Below, one piece after another: positions 9,695-19,764 of a stretch of 64,000 bases of DNA. The notes under the pieces were generated by a model. That model was given only the letters and a program-made list of their open reading frames with translations, had not been told where the DNA came from and did not search any database. Each line of letters opens with the position of its first letter. Position 1 is the first letter of the stretch. The position numbers and the translations under genes were made by a program. Origin of the DNA: Thermoleophilia bacterium. GTDB taxonomy: Bacteria > Actinomycetota > Thermoleophilia > BMS3ABIN01. The stretch lies in contig JBAZZU010000002.1 in NCBI GenBank assembly GCA_041658605.1, forward strand, positions 1,477 through 65,476, read 5' to 3'.

Positions 9695-10936
9695 CTAGCC
9701 GAAAATCTTCGGCAGCCTCTTCTTCCAGCTCAGGGGGAGGATTATATCTATGGCGTCATCGACGGTGACTATCCCGCGCAGCACGTTTTCCCCGTCGGTT
9801 ATCGGCAGCGCCAGCAGGTTGTATTTGGCGACCACATGGGCTACTTCGTCCAGCGATGCGTCGGCGCGCATGCTGATGAGGTGATGCTCCATGAATTCCT
9901 CGACCTTCTGGTCGCGTCGGGCCAGGATCAGGTCGCGTAGCGAGAAGACTCCCGCGAGATGGCCGTCGTCATCGACGACGTAGATGTAATAGATGGTCTC
10001 GGCGTCCGGTTCCAGCTCACGCAGGCGGCCGATGGCCTGGCCGGCAGTCATCCCCGGAGGCACTGAAACGAATTCGGTGGTCATTACACCGCCGGCTGTG
10101 TCCTCCTCGTACCTGAGCAGGTGCTGGACGTCCCGCGCCTCTTTCGTCCTCATCGAGGCCAGCAGCGACGCGGCTTTTTCCTCCGGCAGGTCGGCCAGCA
10201 GGTCGGCTGCGTCATCCGGGTCCATGTTGGAGAGGATAGTCGCCGCTTTCTTTTCGTCCATGTCATTGAGCAGGATGGCCTGTAAGTTCGGGTGCATCTC
10301 CTCGACCGTGTCGGCCGCGACCTCGTCCTCGAGCGCTTCGACGACCGCGACCCGCTCTTCAGGAGAAAGCTCGTTGGCGATGTCGGCGATATCGGCCGGA
10401 TGGAGCAAAGCCAGTTTGTCGTGGGTCAGCTGAAGCTTCATGCCGCTGGATTCACCACTGACAGGCTCGACGGTTTTCCAGTCGATCAGGCGCGGTTCCA
10501 CTCTGCGGGAAAACCGTTCTGCCAGTCTCGAGAGTCCGAGCCGGCGCATGATGGCGCCGCCCGATATGTCCACACCCACGACCCTCAGGGAACCGTTAGC
10601 GCGCGCAAGCTGCAGGTCGTTGACACGGATGAGCTTGTGGCCCTCGGTATCGACTATCTGCTTGTCGAGGATGTCTCCAGCCAGGAAGATCTCGCCCTCG
10701 CCGGGTTCGACCGCCTCAAGCTGGTCGAGCGGCAGGCGCAGCAGCGTCTGGGATTCCTCAAAATTGCGCACCAGCTCCCAGGGCAGCAGTATTTTCTTGC
10801 GCCCCTGTTTTACCACCAGCTTTGTGGCCGAGGGATACTTGCGCTTGATGGTCACCACTATGTCGTCGAGCACGCCCACAGTGCGGGATCTCGAGTCCTT
10901 GACCTGCTGTCCCAGGATCTTGCTGAGAAAAAACAC
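9695..10936 (-). CDS. MgtE N-terminal domain plus CBS-pair protein without a membrane domain. An N-terminal PRC-barrel-like region is present.
   Basis: MgtE_N helical repeats followed by two CBS domains, with no TM segment. The GTG start at about 10936 has a GGAGGT RBS, which is why I trim the track start at 11068. Confidence 0.7.
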   Translation of the reverse strand: MFFLSKILGQQVKDSRSRTVGVLDDIVVTIKRKYPSATKLVVKQGRKKILLPWELVRNFEESQTLLRLPLDQLEAVEPGEGEIFLAGDILDKQIVDTEGHKLIRVNDLQLARANGSLRVVGVDISGGAIMRRLGLSRLAERFSRRVEPRLIDWKTVEPVSGESSGMKLQLTHDKLALLHPADIADIANELSPEERVAVVEALEDEVAADTVEEMHPNLQAILLNDMDEKKAATILSNMDPDDAADLLADLPEEKAASLLASMRTKEARDVQHLLRYEEDTAGGVMTTEFVSVPPGMTAGQAIGRLRELEPDAETIYYIYVVDDDGHLAGVFSLRDLILARRDQKVEEFMEHHLISMRADASLDEVAHVVAKYNLLALPITDGENVLRGIVTVDDAIDIILPLSWKKRLPKIFG

Positions 10937-10956
10937 GGTTATTACCTCCGGCCAAT

Positions 10957-11240
10957 AAAAAAACCTTCCCCAAAGGGAAGGTTTGCATGCGCACGAAAAC
11001 GTCACTGTCCGGCGCTTATGGATTTGCAGCCTTATCCAAAGCACTACGGCAGTACCGTCTACAGTCACATGGCCTTCCCCAACTCATACAAGCTTTGGCA
11101 CAGCGCATCGTAGAGATTTCTCTCAGCCGTTTCGGGCAAAACCTTATGCCGGTAATGCCTGTTCTACCCGTTGGGGTCTTTGGACCTTTCCGGGCAACGG
11201 CCTGTGTCCGCGCTGGAGCCTCACCTAACGAGGATTAGCT
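10957..11240 (-). ncRNA. M-box (ykoK-leader) Mg2+ riboswitch with its terminator expression platform.
   Basis: The minus strand reads CGUUAGGUGAGGCUCC...UUGCCCGGAAAGGUCCAAAGACCCCAACGGGU...CAUAAGGUU...GUGCCAAAGCUUG, which matches the conserved M-box segments. The terminator CCUUCCC-UUUG-GGGAAGG plus U7 at 10985-10957 lies about 20 nt before the gene start. Confidence 0.8.
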
Positions 11241-11347
11241 ATGTACCAGTAAACTAGACCCGCGCGGGGGGGATTGTCAAGCCTGAAGGCGGTGCTGCCT
11301 GTTGACGTGTGACTGCTGATGGCGGCCGTCTCTGATAAAATCAAAGC

Positions 11348-12064
11348 ATGATGGATAATGGCGAAGTGCCCGCACGCATACTGGTTGTTGAAGACGATGA
11401 GAGCATCTCCGAGGCGATTGTTTTCAGCCTTGGAAAGAAGGGCTTCCGCTGCCTGGCCGCGGCCGATGGTCTGGAGGGTCTGCGGCTGCTGCGGCGTGAA
11501 AAACCCGACCTTATGATTCTGGATCTCATGCTTCCCGGCCTTGATGGCTGGAAGCTGTGCGAGACGGTCCGGCAGGAGGGATACAGCCTTCCCATAATCG
11601 TGGTGAGCGCCCGCACAAGCGAATTCGACAAGGTGCAAGTCCTGTCGCTCGGGGCGGATGATTATCTGACAAAGCCTTTCGGCATGGGCGAGCTTGTGGC
11701 CAGGGTGCAGGCCAACCTGCGGCGCGCTTCGCGTTCGGAGGTTGCGCCTCAAGGCATCGTCGAGGCTGGTCCGCTGGTTGTTGACCCCGACAGAAAGGAA
11801 GCCTTCAGCAGAGATGAACCGCTGGAGCTGACCTCCAGGGAATTCGCGGTGCTTTATCTATTGGCGAAGTCGGCCCCGCTTGTGATTTCCAGGGAAGATA
11901 TTTACAAGGCTGTCTGGGGGTACGAGATGATGCACGGTGACCGTTCTGTGGATGTCTTTGTCAGAAGAATAAGGAAGAAGATAGCCGCTGGTATCCAAGG
12001 GTATACTTTCGTACAGACCCACTATGGTTTCGGTTACAAGTTCGAGGCAAGGAAGACAGACTGA
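11348..12064 (+). CDS. OmpR/PhoB-family response regulator.
   Basis: Receiver domain (the D at LMILDLMLPG, KPF) followed by a winged-helix domain containing GYKF. Confidence 0.9.
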   Translation: MMDNGEVPARILVVEDDESISEAIVFSLGKKGFRCLAAADGLEGLRLLRREKPDLMILDLMLPGLDGWKLCETVRQEGYSLPIIVVSARTSEFDKVQVLSLGADDYLTKPFGMGELVARVQANLRRASRSEVAPQGIVEAGPLVVDPDRKEAFSRDEPLELTSREFAVLYLLAKSAPLVISREDIYKAVWGYEMMHGDRSVDVFVRRIRKKIAAGIQGYTFVQTHYGFGYKFEARKTD

Positions 12065-12136
12065 AGCTTCAGTCTGAGCGGCATCAGGGGCAGAGTTCGA
12101 TGATTTCTGCCCATCTGACAGGATCGCTGCGTCGGC

Positions 12137-13390
<1,254 letters not shown>

Positions 13391-13417
13391 AACGGCGCTG
13401 CTGGCAACCTGAAGCCG

Positions 13418-14113
13418 CTATTCGCCAAAACGCTTGTCGGGTTCGTTGTCAAAATACCTTCCATCGAGTTTGCCGGTAACGAGAAAATCTATACGCGCCC
13501 CCATATCCACGACCTGGTCGGCTATGCGCTCGATATAGCGGCTTGCCAGCGCGATATGAGTAGCCCATTCGGTTGATTCAACCGCCTCCAATTCTCCCTT
13601 GGGGTGTAAAAGCCGCGTAAGGATCTCCTTGTACATCTCATCGATGGGCTCATCGATCTCGACCAGGGAATTAGCCAGCCGCGCATCGCGGTCCGCGAAA
13701 GCCTTGATGCCCTGGCGCAATACTTCGAGGGCCTGCGCCGACATCTTGCCCAGTAGCTCCAGATAGGGCTCCGCCGCCTCGGTGCGCTCCAGGCGTTTGG
13801 CTATCTTGGCTATGTTGACAGCCAGGTCACCGACGCGCTCCAGGTGCAGGCTCACCAGCAGGCAGGTGTGGAGCAGCCGCAGGTCACGCGCCACCGGCTG
13901 TTGCTGTGCCTGCAGGGCCAGGCAGTTGCCTTCGATCCTGAGCGTCAGCTCGTTGATGTCATCATCCCCGGCGATAACGGAGTTCGCCAGCGAGCGGTCA
14001 CTTTTCAGCAGCGCCTGCGTCGAGAGGTCGACGGCCTCGACTACCAGGCTCGCTTCGCGCAGGATCTCCTCGTTAAGCTGTTTCAGCCCTTCATGAAAAG
14101 ACTGTCTGGTCAT
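13418..14113 (-). CDS. phoU: Phosphate signalling complex protein PhoU.
   Basis: Duplicated PhoU domain, 231 aa. Confidence 0.9.
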   Translation of the reverse strand: MTRQSFHEGLKQLNEEILREASLVVEAVDLSTQALLKSDRSLANSVIAGDDDINELTLRIEGNCLALQAQQQPVARDLRLLHTCLLVSLHLERVGDLAVNIAKIAKRLERTEAAEPYLELLGKMSAQALEVLRQGIKAFADRDARLANSLVEIDEPIDEMYKEILTRLLHPKGELEAVESTEWATHIALASRYIERIADQVVDMGARIDFLVTGKLDGRYFDNEPDKRFGE

Positions 14114-14115
14114 GG

Positions 14116-14898
14116 TTAACCGAACCTTCCCGTGATGTAATTTTCAGTTTCCTTGCGGTCTGGCATTGTGAAGATCTTGCTTGTAGGTCCATATTCCACG
14201 AGCCGCCCCGGCTCCCCTGTCTCCGTGATCAGCATAAAGCCTGTAAACTGCGAGACCCTGGCGGCCTGTTGCATGTTGTGGGTCACTATAACAATGGTGT
14301 AATTCTCCTTGAGTCTGTCCATCGTGTCCTCGATCTGTTGTGTCGCCACAGGGTCCAGGGCAGAACATGGTTCGTCCATCAGGATAACTTCGGGTTCCAC
14401 CGCCAGCGTCCGGGCGATGCAGAGCCGCTGCTGCTGGCCGCCGGAAAGCTCCAGAGCGGAATGCTTGAGCTTATTCTTTACTTCCTTCCAGAGAGCCGCC
14501 TGCCTGAGAGCTTTCTCAACTATGCCGTCCAGTTCGTCATTGCTCCTTCTGCCCTGGATGCGTGGTCCGTAAGCCACATTATCGTAAATTGATTTGGGGA
14601 ACGGATTCGGCTTCTGGAATATCTCCCCGACACGGGAACGCAGCTCGACGACATCGACATCGGCCGCATAGATATCCTTTCCGTCCAGCAGAACGCTGCC
14701 CTCGACCCTGGTTTTCCCCATAACTTCGTGCATGCGATTCATCAATCTGAGCACCGTGGACTTGCCGCAGCCGGAAGGGCCGATCAGTGCCGTGACCTGG
14801 TTAGGCTCGATATCGAGGTTGATGTCCTCAAGAGCCTTAAAACTGCCGTAGTAGAAATTCACCCCATGAAGCTGCGCCTTTTTTTGAAGCTCTGCCGT
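14116..14898 (-). CDS. pstB: Phosphate ABC transporter ATP-binding protein PstB.
   Basis: Walker [10 protein letters not shown], signature LSGGQQQRL and the PstB-specific N-terminus. The likely start is the GTG overlapping the pstA stop; the track start extends into pstA. Confidence 0.9.
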   Translation of the reverse strand, partial: TAELQKKAQLHGVNFYYGSFKALEDINLDIEPNQVTALIGPSGCGKSTVLRLMNRMHEVMGKTRVEGSVLLDGKDIYAADVDVVELRSRVGEIFQKPNPFPKSIYDNVAYGPRIQGRRSNDELDGIVEKALRQAALWKEVKNKLKHSALELSGGQQQRLCIARTLAVEPEVILMDEPCSALDPVATQQIEDTMDRLKENYTIVIVTHNMQQAARVSQFTGFMLITETGEPGRLVEYGPTSKIFTMPDRKETENYITGRFG

Positions 14899-14900
14899 TT

Positions 14901-15758
14901 TTACCACCTTTTCTTTCTCCGAAAACGGGCACGAATTATCGCAGCCGTTAGCGTAAACATCAGGACCAGTAACAAAAGTACCAGTGCCGTACCCCATTTT
15001 ATCTCATCGGGCATGCCTGGCACCTGTGTGGAAATCGTGTAGAGATGGTATGGCAGGGCCATCGCCTGGCTGAATGGTGAGTCAGGCAGCGTGGGCAGGA
15101 AGAAGGCGGCGACGGTGAACATTATCGCGGCTGTCTCTCCGGCGGCGCGTCCCACCGCCAGGACCGTACCTGTGATTATGCCGGGGACGGCGTTTGGGAG
15201 GACCACGCGCCGTATCGTCTGCCAGCGTGTAGCGCCCAGCGCCAGTGAAGCCTGGCGGAAAGACTGGGGCACGGCGAGCAGCGCCTCTTCGGCCGCGGTG
15301 ATGACAACCGGCAGCACCAGCAGCCCCAGCGTCAGCGAGCCCGAGAGCAGCGAGGTCCCGAATTGCATCAGCAGCACGAACAGGCCCAGGCCGAACAGTC
15401 CATAGACAACCGATGGTACGCCGGCCATGTTGGCGATCGCCAGCCTGATCGCCCGGGTGAGCCGGCCCTGGGTGGCGTACTCGGTCAGGTATACGGCCGC
15501 CAGCGTCCCAACGGGAACCGCGAAGACTATGGTGCCGAGAACCAGGTAGAAGGTACCGACGATTGCCGGGAAGATGCCACCGGCCTTCATGCCGTTCCTT
15601 GGCATTTCGGTCAGGAATTCCAGCGTGATGGCCGGTGCACCCTTGATGACAAGAAAAATGATGATGGCGATGACCGGCGCCACGGCGATGGCGGTCAGCA
15701 GCGCCATAAGGCCGTGCGCCGCTTTTTCATAAACAAGCTGCTTGCGGTGGCCGGCCAT
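14901..15758 (-). CDS. pstA: Phosphate ABC transporter permease PstA.
   Basis: Six TM segments with an EAA-like motif, in operon position. Confidence 0.85.
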   Translation of the reverse strand: MAGHRKQLVYEKAAHGLMALLTAIAVAPVIAIIIFLVIKGAPAITLEFLTEMPRNGMKAGGIFPAIVGTFYLVLGTIVFAVPVGTLAAVYLTEYATQGRLTRAIRLAIANMAGVPSVVYGLFGLGLFVLLMQFGTSLLSGSLTLGLLVLPVVITAAEEALLAVPQSFRQASLALGATRWQTIRRVVLPNAVPGIITGTVLAVGRAAGETAAIMFTVAAFFLPTLPDSPFSQAMALPYHLYTISTQVPGMPDEIKWGTALVLLLLVLMFTLTAAIIRARFRRKKRW

Positions 15759-15759
15759 T

Positions 15760-16689
15760 CTATTCCCCTTCCTGGAAGCGTCGAAGGATCAGGTCGGCGA
15801 AAAGGTTTACTGCAAAGGTGATGATGAAAAGCACCAGGCCGACAGCAAAGAGCGCAAAGTAATGAGGGCTCTGGAAGACGGTCTCGCCCATCTCCTGGGC
15901 GATGGTGCCGGTAAGCGTGCGGACAGGCTTCAGGACCGAATCGACCGAAGTGGGCATGACGGCGGCGTTACCGGTCACCATCAGAACCACCATCGTCTCA
16001 CCTATCGCCCGGCCGATCCCCAGCATGATCGATGCCGAGATGCCTGACATCGCAGCTGGGACGACCACGCGTCTGGTAGTCTGCCAGCGGGTTGCTCCCA
16101 TCGCCAGTGATCCCTCGCGGTAGGAGCGCGGTACGGCGTTGATCGCATCCTCGGCGATCGACACGATCGTGGGCAGCGCCATGAAGGCCAGCATGATACC
16201 ACCGGTCAGTGCTGTCAGCCCCGTGTTCAGGTGTAGCAGTCCCTGCAGATATGGCGCCAGCAGCGTGAGGCCGATGAACGCCAGCACCACAGAGGGGATG
16301 GCCGCTACTATCTCCATCAGCGGTTTCAGGATCTCCTTGAGCCAGCCCGGCGCGATTTCGGCGATATAGACGGCCGTCCCGATTCCCATCGGTATGGCGA
16401 TGATGATCGCTATTGCAGTTACCAGCATGGAGCCAAGTACCAGCGGCAGGATGCCGAAGACCGGCGGTTCGGAGATCGGATACCAGTTGCGGCCGGTGAG
16501 GAAATCGATTGGCGAATAACTGCCGAACAGCAGGAAGGCGTCTCTCAGAAGATACGCGAAGATAAGGACCACCACGGCGATTGACAGGATGCCGCAGGCA
16601 AGGATGATCTTGCCGATGAGGCCTTCCTTAAATTTTTGTGCGGTCTTCATTCTGTCTGGTCCTGCTCCTGTTTCTATATGCCGAAACAT
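15760..16689 (-). CDS. pstC: Phosphate ABC transporter permease PstC.
   Basis: Six TM segments with the PstC family pattern. Confidence 0.85.
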   Translation of the reverse strand: MFRHIETGAGPDRMKTAQKFKEGLIGKIILACGILSIAVVVLIFAYLLRDAFLLFGSYSPIDFLTGRNWYPISEPPVFGILPLVLGSMLVTAIAIIIAIPMGIGTAVYIAEIAPGWLKEILKPLMEIVAAIPSVVLAFIGLTLLAPYLQGLLHLNTGLTALTGGIMLAFMALPTIVSIAEDAINAVPRSYREGSLAMGATRWQTTRRVVVPAAMSGISASIMLGIGRAIGETMVVLMVTGNAAVMPTSVDSVLKPVRTLTGTIAQEMGETVFQSPHYFALFAVGLVLFIITFAVNLFADLILRRFQEGE

Positions 16690-16755
16690 CCCAGGCGCCG
16701 TGTGGCCCGGGATGTTTCATTTGCTATTCCGCTTAAACAGCGCCAACTGACGCTG

Positions 16756-17688
16756 CTATTTTTTCAGCGGCACGAACTCGAGATCCTCGACGACCTTCTG
16801 TCCCGCGGGGCTCTTGATCCAGGCGAGGTAATCCTGCACCGTCTGCGAAGCGCCCTGCTTGGTGTACATGTACAGCGGCCTAGATACCGGATAACTGCCG
16901 TCCTGTACCGAGGCGACCGTGGCTGTGACCGCGGCCGAAGCGTCGTCCTTTTTGACCTTCAGCGACTTGAGGTCGCCCTTGACATATCCCAGCCCGACAT
17001 AACCGATGCCCCTGGGGTTCTGTTTGACCTCGTCTACGATAGCCTGCGATGAGGGCAGCAGCAGGGCGCTCGACGCGTACTCGACCTTGCCGTCGCTCTT
17101 GCCCTTGTTGAGGATATGCTCCTTGAAGAAAACGTGTGTTCCCGAGTTGCTCTCACGGGAGAGGATGACGATCTGCCCGGGGGTGCCGCCGACGTCCTTC
17201 CAGTCGGTGACCTTGCCGGAGAAGATGTCGGCCAGCTGGTCGATGCTCAGCTCGCTGATCCCGTTATCCATATTTACGACGATGGCGATGCCGTCCAGGG
17301 CCACCTTGTTCTCGACCACCTCGACGCCATTGGCTTTGGCGTCATCCTTTTCTTTCTGCTTCATCTCGCGGGACGCGTCGGCGATGTCGGTCGTGCCGTT
17401 GATGATGGCGGTGATGCCGGTGCCGGAGCCGCCGCCGGTCACGGCGATATTGACCTGGGGGTTATCCTTCATGTAGTCCTCGGCCCACATCTGGGCGAGG
17501 TTCACCATCGTGTCTGAACCCTTGACCTGGATGGAGCCGCTCTTGCCGCCACCCGCAGATGAATTCTGATTGCCACAGCCGGCAACAGCGAACATGAAGG
17601 CAGCCATCAGGCCGGCCGCCAGAAGTGCGAAGAAGCCTTTCGTAAATCGTTTTGCTGTCATTTCTTTGAGTCTCCTTTTATTGATCAT
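16756..17688 (-). CDS. pstS: Phosphate-binding lipoprotein PstS.
   Basis: VAGC lipobox and the PBP fold motifs SGSGTG/TDIAD. Confidence 0.85.
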   Translation of the reverse strand: MINKRRLKEMTAKRFTKGFFALLAAGLMAAFMFAVAGCGNQNSSAGGGKSGSIQVKGSDTMVNLAQMWAEDYMKDNPQVNIAVTGGGSGTGITAIINGTTDIADASREMKQKEKDDAKANGVEVVENKVALDGIAIVVNMDNGISELSIDQLADIFSGKVTDWKDVGGTPGQIVILSRESNSGTHVFFKEHILNKGKSDGKVEYASSALLLPSSQAIVDEVKQNPRGIGYVGLGYVKGDLKSLKVKKDDASAAVTATVASVQDGSYPVSRPLYMYTKQGASQTVQDYLAWIKSPAGQKVVEDLEFVPLKK

Positions 17689-17724
17689 GGTAATTGCAGG
17701 TTAGCAGATGAAAAATCCGCGCAG

Positions 17725-17763
17725 GTTACAATGAGGTGAATGAAATGTGAATAAAATGTGAAC
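17725..17763 (-). promoter_or_regulatory. Pho box: 3-4 direct GTTCAC-type repeats at 10-12 bp spacing, upstream of pstS.
   Basis: The minus strand reads GTTCACATTTT ATTCACATTTC ATTCACCTCAT TGTAAC, 40-70 bp before the pstS start. Confidence 0.55.
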
Positions 17764-17818
17764 GGGCGGTGCGACCGCCCTGAATCATTCAGAGGATAAA
17801 ATGGTAAATGGCCGTACA

Positions 17819-18079
17819 TCAGGAGATGTATACGGCCTTGCTGGAGCAGCTTGCCTTGTGCAGATACGCGATTTCCCCGTCGCCGTTTCCGGTAATGTAG
17901 CCTTCGAGATCGCTGATGGCTTTTTCGACTCGCCATAACGGTATCTGCAGAGCCTCGCTGATGTCTGCGATTTCGATGGGGTAATCCGCATTGTCCTTCA
18001 GCATATAAAGAACATAGATCCGGTCCTCGTTGCTGCTGACTTCCTTTTCCGGAAGTATTGTTGTGGTGCTCACTTTCAC
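17819..18079 (-). CDS. Small hypothetical protein (86 aa, possibly winged-helix) preceded by a Pho box.
   Basis: GTG start with a GAGGAGG RBS. There is no confident family match. Confidence 0.45.
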   Translation of the reverse strand: MKVSTTTILPEKEVSSNEDRIYVLYMLKDNADYPIEIADISEALQIPLWRVEKAISDLEGYITGNGDGEIAYLHKASCSSKAVYIS

Positions 18080-18137
18080 CTCCTCTCATCAGTTCCAGTC
18101 TTCCCTACGTATGCTAGAGGGTTTTTTAAGCAGGCAG

Positions 18138-18176
18138 GTTAATAGGTGGTGAACAGAATGTGACAAACCGGTGAAT
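18138..18176 (-). promoter_or_regulatory. Second Pho-box-like array: 4 units at exact 11-bp periodicity.
   Basis: On the plus strand, GTTAAT / GTGAAC / GTGACA / GTGAAT begin at 18138, 18149, 18160 and 18171. The array is about 65 bp upstream of the small gene. Confidence 0.5.
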
Positions 18177-18260
18177 GGGCCGAAGCGGCCCGCCGTACGG
18201 GTCGGGGAGGGTGAGTTGCGGCACGGATACCGGGGCTGGGCGAAACGCCAGCACTGGAGT

Positions 18261-18980
18261 CTAGCCCAGAACCAGCGCTGTCGCCAGCATCAGGGCAAAG
18301 CCTGCGGTGAAGGCGGCGGGAACGCCGTAGTCGCGCCAGTTTGTTTCGTGGGCGATCGGCAGCAGATCGCTGGTGGAGATATAGACAAAAGTGCCGGCGG
18401 AGAGGCCGATGGCAAAGCCGAGTACCGCCTCGCTGGCTTCCGCGAAGAAAAGTCCCACGACGGCGCCGACAACCGCCTGCAGGGCGAGGATTATCAGCAC
18501 GATCCACGCCTTTTTGCGTCTGTAGCCGCAGGAGAGCATCACCCCGGCTACCGAGACGCCGCTGGGAAAACTGTGGGCGAGTACCGCAAAGGCGACGATC
18601 AATCCCAGAGATGCGCGTACCGAGCCGCTGACGGCGATTGAAAAGCCGTCCAGCATCGTGTGAAAACCGATGCCGACCAGTGCGAAGAAACCGAAGGGGT
18701 GTACCTTGCAACCATGCTCGCGGCAGGCATGCACCATTGTGACTTTTTCCATGAGGTAAAGGAGAATAAAGCCGACGCTCACTCCGATGGCAGCCGTGCT
18801 TCCCGCCAGCGCGAAACTTTCCGGCAGCATGTCGTTGACGCCGGCGGAGAGGAGCACTCCGGCGGAGAACGCCACCAGCAGCGAAATCCCGCGTTCCCCC
18901 ATCTCCCGGCTCAGCAGCGGCAGACTGCCGCCGGCGATGGTGAAGAAGGAGGCAAGCAGGGCCAGCAGCAGGGCCGTCAT
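18261..18980 (-). CDS. ZIP-family metal transporter, ZupT-like.
   Basis: Eight TM segments with His-rich HxxxD/HSxPxG motifs. Confidence 0.8.
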   Translation of the reverse strand: MTALLLALLASFFTIAGGSLPLLSREMGERGISLLVAFSAGVLLSAGVNDMLPESFALAGSTAAIGVSVGFILLYLMEKVTMVHACREHGCKVHPFGFFALVGIGFHTMLDGFSIAVSGSVRASLGLIVAFAVLAHSFPSGVSVAGVMLSCGYRRKKAWIVLIILALQAVVGAVVGLFFAEASEAVLGFAIGLSAGTFVYISTSDLLPIAHETNWRDYGVPAAFTAGFALMLATALVLG

Positions 18981-19061
18981 AGTCCGCGCTTCCGGAATGT
19001 CGAAATCAATTGGCTCAATCTGTGGGGGCAGGTTTCGTTAATCATACTGGTGCGAAACCTA

Positions 19062-19457
19062 TCAGTCCGGGGTTACTTTTACCAACACTTTCCGCGTCCG
19101 CGGCCCGTCGAACTCACAGAAGTAAATCGCCTGCCAGGTTCCGAGAACCAGCTGTCCGTCGCTGACCAGAACTGTTTCAGAGGAGCCCACCAGGCTGGTT
19201 TTAATATGGGCGGCGGAATTTCCTTCAGCATGCGAGTAAGCGTCGTTCCAGGGAATGGCCTTGTCCAGGCCGGCTATCACGTCGAGTTTAACCGCGGGGT
19301 CCGCACCCTCGTTGATGGTCACAGCGGCAGTTGTGTGAGGGACGAAAACGATGCAGACACCGTCAACGACGCCACTGTCACCGACCGCCTGCATAACTTC
19401 AGCCGTTATGTCCACAAGTTCACTGCGTGAGCCGGTCGATACCGTGAATTTCCGCAT
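19062..19457 (-). CDS. YjbQ/UPF0047 family protein (secondary thiamine-phosphate synthase-like).
   Basis: Conserved YjbQ core. The likely start is MRKFTV. Confidence 0.7.
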   Translation of the reverse strand: MRKFTVSTGSRSELVDITAEVMQAVGDSGVVDGVCIVFVPHTTAAVTINEGADPAVKLDVIAGLDKAIPWNDAYSHAEGNSAAHIKTSLVGSSETVLVSDGQLVLGTWQAIYFCEFDGPRTRKVLVKVTPD

Positions 19458-19539
19458 ACCTTTCGTCCTCCAGACCCAGATCAACTGTCTTTTGCCCAGA
19501 TTACGTGTTCTCACAGCTTACGAACCCGATCCAAACATA

Positions 19540-19730
19540 TATTAACTGTCATTCTGAGGAGCAAAATTAACTGTCATCCTGAGGAGCAAACATCAGCTCA
19601 GGTTGACTGTCACATTGGCTGTCATTCTGAGGAGCAAAGCGACGAAGAATCTGCTTTTCGGGTTCCTCATAGCCAAAGCAGATTCTTCGGCACTCTCCGC
19701 TTCGCTCCGAGTGCCTCAGAATGACAATTT
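19540..19730. repeat. Composite palindromic repeat element. Two truncated tandem units are followed by a ~110-bp nested inverted repeat.
   Basis: TTAACTGTCATYCTGAGGAGCAAA occurs twice. Then TGTCATTCTGAGG...ACGAAGAATCTGCTTT-17nt-AAAGCAGATTCTTCG...CCTCAGAATGACA, with a perfect 13-bp outer arm and a perfect 15-bp inner arm. Confidence 0.7.
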
Positions 19731-19764
19731 CTGATGGAATTGCAGGCAGTACAGGCGCCCGCAT

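Noticed and set aside
10983-11238. Two ~80-aa plus-strand ORFs, and the possibility of an SRP RNA, tmRNA or 6S RNA in this 350-bp gap.
   Set aside because: No SRP domain-IV motif or tmRNA T-arm motif is present. The minus strand matches M-box riboswitch blocks and ends in a terminator just before the downstream gene, which explains the region.
19458-19540. Possible TPP riboswitch upstream of yjbQ (UGAGA and UGAUCUGG-like strings).
   Set aside because: The conserved GGGGUGC and ACCUGAUCUGGAUAAUGCCAGCGUAGGGA blocks are absent. Only short chance matches are present.
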